Origin: Camelus dromedarius
Taxonomy: Eukaryota
Reading direction: 5' to 3'
DNA length: 64,000 nt
Assembly: GCF_036321535.1 (NCBI RefSeq)
Contig: NC_087447.1
Span: forward strand, 48,858,001-48,922,000
Shown here: positions 1 to 13,000 of the stretch, piece by piece
Position numbering within the stretch: position 1 is the first letter of the stretch
Layout of the letters: each line of letters opens with the position of its first letter
Position numbers and translations under genes: made by a program
Notes under the pieces: generated by a model
The model's database searches: none
Told to the model about the DNA's origin: nothing
The model's input: only the letters and a program-made list of their open reading frames with translations

Positions 1-2679
1 AGCCATGCTGTGAGTTCACATGTAGAAGAGTGGCCCCAGGACACTTGTTAGCCACTGATTGCACTGGATTAGGCCAAGCGAGTATTCTCAAAACCAGGTT
101 TTCCTAAAAGGTATGTGAAGATCACATAAACACAGCATCTTCATGGTATGGTGCTTCTTTATTCTATCCTGGGTTGGGATGTATAGGAAGCAGAACCATT
201 TTCCTGTAAACCAAATAGATATGAGTATTTCCCTTGTCCCTCATAGTTATATTCCACCTTTATGTGGTGTTTTACTTGATCTTATTTCATCCTTGTGATA
301 ACCTTCAAGGATTTTCTCTCCCCTGCTTTGCAGAAAACAAGCCCAGGTCATTTAGCGAGTTTGCCTAAAATCTCACAGTAAAAGAGTGGACCAGGGCTAG
401 AACCAGGGTCTTCAGACTTCACATCATGTGACTTTTCCACTGTGCGACAACCCCTAAGAAGAATGTGTTGGTCTACTCAAGGGTGTGCCTGGAATTAATG
501 CTTCCTGATTTGCCCAACAACCATGGTGGCTGCTGTGAAAGACACAAGAAAAGCACATGACACGTTCTCTGCCTTCCTAGAACTGACAGTCATTGGAAAG
601 GCAACCCATGTGCATATTTGCGCACCGCACAGACTTTTGTTAAAAGTTTACTATGTGCCCAGCACTGTCGTGTTAGATGCCGGGGATAACATACAAAGAT
701 GAATTTCTCGCCCTTTGAGAACTTTACTATCTCTGGGAGGGAGAGACACAGACAAATAATTCAAATGTGCTATAATGATAAAATTAGTCCTTATCATGGG
801 CCAAAATTTGTGCTAGACATATTTTCTCTAATCTTTGTAACACTTTTCATTTACAAATGAAGATAGGGAGGCTCAGAGTTTAAATGTTTGGCCAGTAAGT
901 GGCAAAGGTAAGATGTGTTCATTTTTAATAATAAATTTAATTTTAAAAATTGGAGGAACTAGAAAACTCGAATGATGTGATTAGCAAACCTGAATAGGAA
1001 GCTAACTTCCTGTCGTATGGATGTGTGAGCCAATGCGGAGGTTGGAACAAAAGGAGTGAAATGAATTCCACCTTTAGAATCGTTGATCCCAGCTAGGGAT
1101 GATCTTATCAATGGTTCAGGTCACTGCCTCTTTTGGCTATAAGCCCTTGCATCTGTCTTTACATAAGGAGAACCACACTAGCGGACTAAAGGCTAGAAGA
1201 CTACGTCTTTCCCTCTGGGTGGTTTTCCAGCTGGCCTGGGAGGAGAGCCAGAGTTTAAACTATAGGATTTCTGACTTGAAACCTATATTCTTTCCACTGT
1301 ATCAAGTCCTTCCTCCCCTGCCCAGAGTCTGTGGGCCAAGGGAAGGGTTGTCTGTGACTGCCGTAGGGATTAAGGATCCACAGAGGATGAAGTGCTTAAA
1401 CTGAGAATAGAAATTTGCCAAATGGGAAAGTGAAGGGCACTCCAGGCAGAAGGAACAGGACTTACAACATAAGACGCATAGGCACATGAGAGCGCAGAGT
1501 GTTTACAGTTACAAGTGGTTTAGTGTGAGGTAGAATCATGGGTTATGAGACAAGTAAGTAGGCAGAGACCAGATCACAGAGGTCTTTGCTAAGTAGTTTA
1601 GACTTTACTCTACAGGCAGTAGGAAGCCACTGAAGAATTTCAACATGTCAGATTTGTACATTAGAGAAATCATCCTTTGTAGCCTGAAGAGAGAATCACC
1701 AGATCATAAATAAGAGCCAAATTGCACCTGCATCTCGAGATGGAGAAAGCAGAGGAAAATAATATGAAATTGGATTTAGTTCAGTTTTAGGCAGATGACT
1801 TTCTTGATCCCCTTAGAAACTCAGGACAGGAGAGAATTGGGAGTGACTTCAAATGTGGACTGATTAGCCTTTTGCTGGGTCATCTCATGCTTGGAAATCC
1901 TGGCTCCTGCCTGAGCCATGGTCCTTGTTAAAGCATGGAGATGGGATTGGTTCCACAGTTCCACTAAGGATACATGTAGGCCACTCTCTGACGCACGGAC
2001 ACACACTCTGATTTAGACCTGGAACTGACTGCATCTCCCTGGAATTCTTTGGGCCAAAATGACCCACAGTCCCAGACTGGTCAACTAAAGTCATCTTACG
2101 AATAATTAAATAACTTTAGTCATATTTATCGTACACCTGTTCCATGCCAGTTTCGTCCATATACTTTATCATTTATTCCTAACAATTTTGTTAAATGTAG
2201 CTATCAGCCCAATTTTGTTAGGAAATTAACAAGGAATTAGGAAATTAAGAGAGGCCACCCAGCTAGCAAACGGTAGAGCTGGAATTTGAGGGGCAGACTG
2301 AGTGCCCTGTCGTCATCCATTCCTGACGTGAGTTCTTTTCCCGTGGTGTGGTGCGCTGTAAGCAGCCTTGCGTGTATCATAATGCGGTTCACATCAGGCA
2401 CTCACTGAACAGCCATTATACTTGGGACTACGCAGTGATGTGCTTCTATTCTATCAGTAAGCTTTTCTACTGCAAACTCCTGAGCTTACCCCTAAAATAG
2501 GGGACCAGCTATCCTGAAGCCTCTGCATGAAGCACCCTACACCCCTTACTTAGAACCATTCATAGCTCACAACATGAGTTCCGTGGCTTCCCAGCCTATC
2601 ACACATTAGAAGCAGCAGAGCAGCTAGAGATGGTCCCTGTTTGCTATCAAGCAAGTGGTTGTCACTTCTTGGTTTTCTA

Positions 2680-2890
2680 GAAAGTACTTGGATTTTAGAG
2701 TCAGAGAGACTGGGGCTTAGTGCCTATTTACTGTCATTGTGACTTCTAGAAAGTCACTTAGCTTTCCTGAGCCTCAGTTTGCTCATCTGCAAGGTGAAGA
2801 TAATATCTATGTCAAGATTAATGTGAGGATTAGAGACAACAAAGTGCCCAGCTCATAGTGGTTGGTCAGTAAATGATTAACTATGATTAT
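2680..2890 (+). mobile_element. MIR SINE
   Basis: agtcacttagctttcctgagcctcagtttgctcatctgcaa...tgtgaggattag core and tail. Confidence 0.7.
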
Positions 2891-5800
2891 TTTCAAAGCA
2901 GTACTTTAGGCTTTAATGTTACCTATGTGTGAAAAATGAGTTGTCATCCTTTATTATGTTTTTTCAACTGACCTTTGTTAAAGTATCTACTTTATGTTAC
3001 AGACAAACATACTTTGATATTGGACTATCAAAACTGATACTCTTGGGATTCCGCTCACCTGTCCAACCCTTGACCCTCCTTGATCCACCAGCACCCCTCC
3101 CCTCAGTGGGCTGCCGTGTCACTCCGCACATATCCTGTACTCGTTTCAACCACATTTCTACTTGAAACCGTTTAGAGTGAAGCCAGTGGTCTGAGTGCAC
3201 ATTCTACTTCTCCAAGTACAGACATCAGAGGGCGCCTTTATAAATGAAAAAATAAACAGATCTCCGGCAGCGAAGAGGCCTCCCCCGCCTCCCCTGATGA
3301 TGTGTGGGGTGCTCAATGGTCATGCCTGTAGTTCGAGCCCATCTGTTTTTTTCTGTCTGCCTCCTGAGTACTGTCCCCTTGTGGTTTGCATCATTCCCAA
3401 AGAAGAGCCAACTCCAACCCTCCTCAATCCACTTGGTCAAGAGCTGTCTTATTTAAACACACTCCCTCTCTCTTTGGGCGCCAGATGTGAAGTTTCAAGG
3501 CAGTGGAGGCCAGGCTGGCTAACACTGTGACACCTGCTTTAGCAGGCAAGCCAGTCAGCTGCTGCTTCTGATGATGTTGGCCCTTTTTCATGGACAGCAT
3601 GAGGGTTTCACCCCACCGAGCACACACACAGGCAGCTGAGGGAGCCTCATAAATTATGGTTTTGTTTGTTTACTTAGGGCAGGCAGCACGGTGTAGTGGA
3701 AAGAGCCCTGCACTTGGAAGCAGAAAACATGGGTTTGAGTCCTCACTCGTTATGTCATTTTGCCTTCAGAGCCCCTCTTTCTTCATAGACATATACCATC
3801 TGAGATGGTGATAAGTGCTATTGGTCTGTCTGCTTATGGGCCATCTCCTTCATGGTGTTATAGTGAGTCCCAGGTGGTCAGGGACTGTTTTGGCCATCAT
3901 TCTATCTCCAGCACCTAGGACAGTGCCTGGAACATAGTAGGCCCTTAGAAAAGATTTACTGAATGAATGAATTCTAAAACTGCCTCTTCCACTTATTGGC
4001 CATGTGATCTGGGAAAAGTCCTTTATCTTCTCTGGGCCTTCATTTTGTCAGCTGTAAAATGAAGCCATTAGATCTCTATCCCTGATGCTCTAAGATTATA
4101 AGAATTCATTCATTTAAAAAATTACCTTGTGTCTGGACTGGGCACTCTGCCAAGCCCTGAAAATACACAGTCATGAACAAGTCAGAAACAGAACCTGCCC
4201 TCATGGAGTTCTGAAAGGGAGAGGCAACCAAATAAATTATGGCATACACGGGTATTGAGGGACCATTGGGATCAGCCTACAAAGGATCTGTAGAGGGCAC
4301 TGTGAGAGGATGTGACAGGGGACCTAACCATGCTGGGGATCATCCTGGAAGATATCCTGGTAAGAGGGACATTTAAGCTCAACTTTGCAGATTAGTAGTG
4401 GGTACAGGATCTCAGGCAGAGGGAAGAGCATAGGTGAAGGCCCTGGGCGGAAGTGTGGCTGGAGCACAGTAATCAACATGGAAGCTGTACCCAAGATGAG
4501 ACCAGAGAAGTAAGCTGAGCCAGATGGTTGGGAACGTTGTGGCTGTGATAGGGATTTTGTTATTCTTAAGGCAAAGGGAAGCCATGGAAGACAATCCCTG
4601 TCACTAGGGAGAGCTCCCTAATACAGACAAACAGGAAAGCAGGACCCATTCTTACATGCCTGTCCAAGATAGGGTCGATATTACCCCATTTTGTAGATGA
4701 GGAAACAGGCCCGGGGAGGTCAGGGGACTTACCAAGACCATATAGCACAAGTCAGTGATGGAGTCTGATTTTTGGAATTTCAGTCCACTGCTCTCAATAC
4801 TCTACAACATTACAGAGTTGAGAGCTGTTTTTCCCTCTAAAATCCTCCAGATGGCTAAAATTTGAACCTAAATACCTTGTAATAATAATTTTTATCTGAA
4901 ATTTGAATGTTTTGTAAGTAACTTTTATGCAAGTCTGATAGACACAGATTTCTCCTGAGCATTATACTTGCATTTGGGGTAACTGCAACCAAATCTCTGA
5001 TGTATTTTGTATTATCCTTAGGATCAATTCTTAGGAATAGAATTACCATGTCGAAGGATATGTACATTTTTGAGACAGATATTGCCAATTGCCTCCTCAA
5101 AGGTTGTACCGATTGTGATGTTCATCATCAGTACATGAGAATGGCTTTCTCCTTCTTCAAATACCAGAGACCAATCTGATTTAACTTACACAAAGTTGAA
5201 TAAAGCTGAATTACCAGTCATACCTTATTATTATTATTTTTTTAGAGGCAGGAAATACAACTAGGCTTTGGTGATTTTAATTGAGGAAAGAAGATGAAGC
5301 TATATAGTGTCCGGAGGAGGCAGAAAACCCCCCAAAGACTAGGAGAAGCCAAAAGGTACCTCCCAAGGGGTCTGGCCATTGGCTGACAGGGAGGCATTTG
5401 TGTCAGCAGCTGCTGCTGCTCACAACTTGGTGTGGTTCCTGGAGACGTAAGCAGGTTCTATGACGCTGACAGAGCTCTGTGGGCTGAGGAGGAAGAAAAT
5501 TCCAGCAGAAGCTCTGTCAGTGAGAAGAGCAGTGTTGAGTTATCACAGCCAGCAGACTTGGGAGAATATCACCATGGGCTTGTTACTTCACCTAGAGGGG
5601 TCACAAGCCCAAGAGTCAGAGATCTTGGTGTTGTCACCCTCACCTGGCTGCAGTGATGGGCCTATATCTCTGTCTCCTACAGCGCCTTGCACAGAGTGCG
5701 TGCTCTGGGCCTTGTTTCAGAGCTGAGCCAACCTTTCAATAATTTGCTGTTAACTCAACAAATATTTAATGTGCTAGGCAGTGGAAATAAAGTGAAGATT

Positions 5801-7039
5801 AGGACAACATAGTTTGTGCCCCCCTACAGAGTTTACAAGCTAGTGAGGGTTAACTATAAGTAATAAGCAATCACAATGTTTATGAGAGATTGGCTATGAG
5901 AAAGAAGTACAGGGTACCATAAAAATAGATTAGCAGGGCCCCACGTCCAGACTTGGTGGATACAGTAAAGATACAGGGTAAATTCCAGTGAGGACAGGGG
6001 CTGTGAATACCTTGTCCACTGCTGTATCACAGGACCTGCTACAGGACGGATCCTCCATAAACAGCTAAGAAACAAAAGAATGAATGAATGAGGTGATGCC
6101 CATGTCTGAACTGGAAAGCCAAGCTGAGGACAGAAATAATGTCCCACACAGAGATAAAGGCAGTGTAAAGGCCTGGATAGATTAAGAAAATTGTTCAGTG
6201 TGGCTGATGCCAAGTCAAGGAAGCTGAGAGTAGAAAGATTTAAGGCTGAAGAGGCAGGAGGTCAGGTCATGGAGGGTCTTATAAGCAAGCCATATTAAGG
6301 AGAATGGATTTTTCCTTAAAGGAAGTAAGAAACCAAGGAAAGTTATTAAGCAAGGAAGTGATAGGATCAGATGATACAGTTATTTTGTGTCAGCTCAATA
6401 CCATATAGTATCTCTTATTTTCAGAACAATCTTGCAAAATATCTATTATCCCCTCCTTTATAGATGAGATTTTGTGGCTTACCTAAGGTCAAATAACACA
6501 TCTGGGATTGAAAGCCAGGCCTGGCTGACTCCAAAGCCTGCATATTCTTTCCACTATATCCCACTGCCCCCACTGTGCTGGATATTCTGGCTTTCATATC
6601 TTGTTATGGACAAGGCCTTCACCTGGTCCTTGGCTCCAAGAACACCATCCTTCAGCCAGGCATGTCACTAGCTGGCTAGGACAACCCAAAGCCTACAGGC
6701 TGTACCGTTACTGCTGACTTCTTTCCGTGTGGGACGGTGAGAGCTTGTGGCTTCAGATAAGATTCTTCACCTGGCTACCTGCTGACCTGCTGTTAGCCTT
6801 TTCTACTGCACCTGCCCAAAAGAGATTTTAACACACTGTTAACGCAACAACGGTGATAAACAACAATCATTTGTGCAGCTTCTGCCAATGCTCCAGGCAC
6901 TAAGATCAGGAATTCATATACATTACTTCTTTTCATCTTAACATTTTGATTTAGCTATTATTAGCCTCAATTTTCTCATGTCAAAATCAGGCAAAGAGAG
7001 TTCGACTTGCCCAAGATCACACAGTTAAAAAATGATACA

Positions 7040-10000
7040 TTTCTGCTTCTGGTCATGCCAAGTAACTGATACTGAATTAGCAACATCCCCCCGCAACAAA
7101 AACTATGAAATTGTATACGATATATGAAATAATTGTTTTCAGACATTAGACAACAGGCAGAGTAGGAATGTTATCCCTAATAGGAAGAAAACAAATGCGA
7201 TGTGCCTCATTATCACCCAATTTGGAGGTAGTTTCTAGACCCTGATGCAGGGAAGGGATTGCCAAACAGAACATTTGCTAAAAAGAGGAGATAGAAATTG
7301 AAGTTCAGGGTTACTGAGGCAGCTGAAATTTGCAGGGCAGGGTTTCAGACAGACTGGAGCTGCACAGAAAAGGAGCTCCAGGGATATGCATTGGTGTGCA
7401 CCTACACATGCAGAGGAAGGCATTCCAGGAGGCCAGGCAGGGAACAACTGCTGGAGAGCTGAACCACTACCACTGCATGCAGCGGTTATAACTCATCAGA
7501 ATACAGAGGTCTCACTGAATACTCCACGCGTGCAGTAGAACTCTTTGAAAGGCCAGGTCCTAACATTACAGCTAATCTAGCCCGGGAGTAAAGGCTACTC
7601 TAGATACAGCCTAACAAAGCTTCAACACCAGCCTCAAAAGGATCAAGTTTGTCCACAAGTAAATTATCTGCCTGCCAGAGCAAAACTCAACACCTCATTA
7701 CGGAAGACAACAAAATCCAGACACCCAACAATGTAGCATCCATGGTGTCCAGCATAAAATAAAATATGAGTAGACATGCAAAGAAGCAGAAAAATATGAC
7801 TCAGAACCAGAATAAAAATAATGTAATAGAAACAGATCCATAAATGACATTAAATTTGGAATTAGCAGACAAGAGGAGATTAAAATAATTATATATATGT
7901 TCAAGGCATTAGAGAAAAACATAAGGAAGGAAAATAAAGAAACTCGACAGAAAACTGAAAATTATTTTAAAAAAAGGCAGAGAAATGATAACTGAAAAAT
8001 ACAATTTTTTTAAAATTGTCACTGATCTATAAGATTCAATGCAATCCCAATCAAAATCCCAACACGTTATTTTGTGGACATTGAAAAGCTGATTTTAAAG
8101 TTTATGTGGAGGCTTAAAAGATTTGGGACAGCAAACAATATTGAAAGAGAAGAACAAAGTTCAAAGTCATTACCTGACTTGAAGACTTACTATAAAGCTA
8201 TAGTAATCAGGACAGTGTGATGTCGATAAAAGAATAGACATACAGATCAATGGAACAGAATGGAGATCCTAGAAGTAGATCCATATAGATACAGTCAACT
8301 GATCCTTTTTTTTTTTTTTTTTCATTTTACTGAAAACATCAATACTAAGTTTAAAGCTATCATGGAGAACAGAATTGCAGCTGATGTGTTACTGACCTTC
8401 ATGGGTAAAATATGGATAAAATATTCTTTTAATGGTATGAATATATGCTTTGCCTCCATGTGCATGTGACAAAGTACATATGCAGTGGAACTTTTATAGC
8501 TTTTACAGCTGGTTTTTGACAAAGGAGTAAAAGCAGTACAACAGAGCAGGTCATCTTTTTAACAAATGGTGCTGAAAAAACTGGACATGCATATACCAAA
8601 AGGAAAAAAAATAATCTAGACACAGAATTTATACCCTTCACAAAAACTAACTCAAAATGGATCATAGACCTAAACGTAAAACACAGAGGTATAAAACTCC
8701 TAGGAGATAATATAGGAAAAAACCTAGATGACTGTGGGTTACACGCATGACTTCTTAGATACAACATCAAAACACGATCCATGAAAGAAAGAATTGATCA
8801 GCTAGACTTAATTAAAATTAAATATTTCTGCTCTGAAACACTATTAAGAGAATGAGAAAACAAATCACAGACTGGGAGAAAACATTTACAATAGATAGAT
8901 CCGATATAAGGCTGTTATCCAAAATATACAAGGAACTCTTAAAACTCGACAATAAGAAAATGAACAACCTATTATTAAAAAATGGGCAAAAGATTTAAAC
9001 AGACATTTCACCAAAGAAGATACACACATGACAAGTTAACATATGAAAAGATGCTCCACATCATGTCATTAGGGAATTACAAATTAAACAACAATGAGCT
9101 ACCACTACACACCTATAAGAAAGGCCAAAATCCAAATAACACCAAATGCTGACCGTGAAGTGGAGCAACAGGAATTCTCATTCATTGCTGGTGAGAATGC
9201 AAAATGGAAGAGCCACTTTGGAACACAGTCTGGCAATTTCCTACAAAACTAAATAATCTTACCATACAAGCCAACAATTGTGCTTTTTTGATATTTATCC
9301 AAGTGAGTTGAAAACTTATATCCACACACAAAAATCTAATGTCCACACGACACCTGGATGTTTAAGACATCTTTATTTGCATATGAAGTAAAAACTAACA
9401 GAACTAAAAAAAAAGTAAATAAATCCACAATTTAGAAGAATATAGAATGCTGAGGGCAGGCCTTCCAGAATGGCAGAGTAAGAAGCTCAGCAATCCTCCT
9501 AAAAAAACAAAAATAAAAAAAACCCAAAACATTAAAACTGGACAAAATTGTCAAAACAAAAGTAATCAAAGGCTTACAAAAAATTGAGAAACATTGATTC
9601 ATGAAAAATTACTGAAATTTGGTAAGAACTGTTACATCTTAGCCTGCAGCTGCTCCTAACCGTTTTCCCCCACAGAACCAACCCAGCTCAGTCATCATGG
9701 TAACTGTTCTACAGAGAAGCCATGAAGAACCTCAGCTTTGTTTTGGGAAGGGGCTCGCTTAATTTGGAGTGGAGCTTGAAAGAAATAGTAGCAATCTTGG
9801 CGACAAAAACAAAACAAAACAAAAAACCAGGGAAGGCCAACAACTCAGGTAGCCTCAGGTTGAGGTGTTGGTTGGGGCAAGCAAGGGACCAGGAATTTAA
9901 CAGGGCTATACGGGGAACTAGACAGTTACAGGGGGCCTGGATAAGCTCCCTGATAGCTCCAGCAAAGCACATGTGCAGGAGAGACTGAAGAGTGCCCTAG

Positions 10001-13000
10001 CTGTCCACACTCCTGGTAGAACTTGAGACCATTTAAACAGGTAGAGGGGGCGTGAGAGTGCCCCACAGACAGTAAACACTGGAACAGACTTATAAACTAC
10101 CTGGATTTTGAATGTACTCTTTAACCCCCACATTAGATTCATCATAGAGCCACTGAAGAAAACGAAAATATTACAAGCTCAAGGTGTTTTAGTACAGCCT
10201 CTAACCAATCATGGGCTGACTTTCTTAGCAATGCTGACACAGAGGCAATCCTAGGAAGCAAGGCTTAAAAATGAAGACAAAAAGTTAAAGAAACAAAACA
10301 GAAAAACAAGAAAGACACCAGTGGCTGCACACCACAGCCTCCACAGATTTAGTCAAGTTCCTAAACAAGGAAAAACAACAACCCCTAAGAGAAAAAAATA
10401 ACAAATTTCAGAATAGCTAGATTGTATTATCTAACAAATACAAAAAATGAGATACACAAACAAATGGGAAAGTATAACCCATATTCAGGGGGAAAAAAGC
10501 AGTCAATACAATAATATAAAAGATTTGAAAAAACTTATGAACTAATTTGACCTGATTGACATTTATAGAACATTGCACTCAATAACCACAGATACTTGTT
10601 CTTTTCAAGTGTGCATGGAAGATAAACCATGTGTATTTCTATAAAACTCAACACTTATCCTTGATTCTTGATAAAAAGGGAAAAAACATAACTTTACAAA
10701 AACAAGAAATGGAACAAAACATGCTCAATCTATAAAGCAGAATCTATGAAATATTGAACATTTTCCCATTAAGTTTAAGAACAAGGCAGTGATATCTGCC
10801 ATTATCAATTCATTCATTATTATATCACTGGAGGTTCTGGCCAATGTAATAAGACAAAGAAAGTAAATAAGAAGCATACAAAAAGAACGTATGCCTTTGA
10901 AAACAAGTAAAATTGTCTCTATGCTCAAAGAACATGATCATGTACATAGAAAAACTAAAGAAATCTAAACAAACAAACAAGAGAAACCAAAAAAACTACT
11001 GGAGCTAATCAGTGAATTTACTAAAGTAACAGGATACCAGGTCAATATACAAGAATCAGTTGTATTTATATATACTAACAATAAGCAATTAGAAAATTTT
11101 AGAAAGTTAAATACTATTTATAATAACATTGAAAACATACAATATTTAGGAATAAATATAACAAAATATGTGCAATACCTCTGCATTAAAAACCATAAAC
11201 AATGAAGAGAGAAATTAAACAAATTAAAAATTAATAAATATCATGTTCATGAATTGGAAGAACACAATATTGCTAACTTGTCAATTCTCCCCAAATTGAT
11301 CAATAGTTTCAAAGCAGTGTGAATCAAATTTCTAGCAGCCCTTTTTACGGAAATTGACAAGTTTCCGTAAATTTTTATATGGAGATATAAAAGATATCTT
11401 TTTTATCCAAATTTTATATGGAGATATAAAAGATCTAGAATAAAGCAGTCTTGAAATAGGACAGAGATAAAGAATTTACATTACCCATTATAAACAAACA
11501 GGACTACATCAAACTAAAATGCTTTTTGCGTAGCAAAGGAAACTATCAACAAAATGAAAAGGCAGCTACTGAATGGGAGAAGATATTTGCAAATGACGTA
11601 TCTGATAATGGTTAGTATACAAAGAACTCATAGAATTCAACATCACAAAAACAATCTAATTAAAAATGGGCAGAGAATCTGAATAGATATTTTTCCAAAG
11701 AAGACATACAGATGGCCAATAGATAGATGAAAAGATACTCAACATCACCAATATCAGGGAAATGAGATAACACCTCACACCTGTCAGAAAGGTTATCATC
11801 AAAAAGACAACAAATAACAATTGATGGTGAAGGTATAGAGAAAAGGGAACCCCCACGTATTGTTAATGGGATTGTAAATTGGTGCTGCCACTATGGAAAA
11901 CGGTATGGAGATTCCTCAAGAAATTAGAACTAGAACTACTATACAATCCAGCAATTCCATTTCTGGATATTTTTCTGAAGAAAATAAAAACACTAATTCA
12001 AAAAGATATATGCACATCAATGTTCATTGCAGCATTATTTATAATAGCCAAGATATGGAAGCAATCTTAGTATCCACTGACAGATGAATGGATAAAGATG
12101 TGGTGTGTATATACACATACACACATACATACACTTACAATGGAATATTACTCAGCCATGGAAAAGAATGAAATCTTGCCATTTGTGACAACATGGATGG
12201 ACCTAGAGGGTACTATACTAAGTGAAATAAGTCAGACAGAGAAAGACAAACACTATATGATTTCACTTATGTGTGGAATCTAAAAAACAAAACAAATCAG
12301 CATACATAACAAAACAGAAGCAGACTCACAGATACAGAGAACAAACAGGTAGTTGCCAGAGGGGAGGCAGTAGAGGGATGAGTGAAATAAGCAAGGGAGA
12401 TTAAGGGGTACAAACTTCCAGTTACAATATAAATGAGTCACGGGGATTAAATGTGCAGCATAGGGAATATAGTCAATAATATTGTGATAATAATTAAAAG
12501 TCATAATAAAAAATAATATTGTAATAACTTTGTGTGGTGACAGATGGCAACTAGACTTATCATGGGGATCGTTTTGTAATGTACAGAAATATCAAATCAT
12601 ACGGTATATACCTGGAAGTCACATAGTTTTGTAGGTCAATTACACTTCAATTAACAACAACAACAACAAAAAGACATGTAATCACAGTTTTCTAACACAT
12701 TATGTAGTAAACAATATTTACATTGTTATAATGATGAAAAAATAATTATTGATGTAATGAAAAGTATGATAAAATTTGGGGAGGAAGATGAGGAACAAGA
12801 GGTGGAGGTATTAAGTCTTCATCTCATAACATTTTTCTTTTAAAAATTACTTTTTAATTTTCTTTTTATTGTATCTATATGAGATGATAGATGTTAACAA
12901 AATGTGGTAATCCATTCACAATATATGTAAACCAAACCATCATGAGTTTAAGTTTACACTTTAAACTTATACAGTGATGTCTACTAATTATTTCTCAATA

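Noticed and set aside
1..7000. POLD3 3' exons, expected from recalled human synteny
   Set aside because: No POLD3-like peptide (e.g. the C-terminal PIP box) recognised; the gene probably ends left of the window
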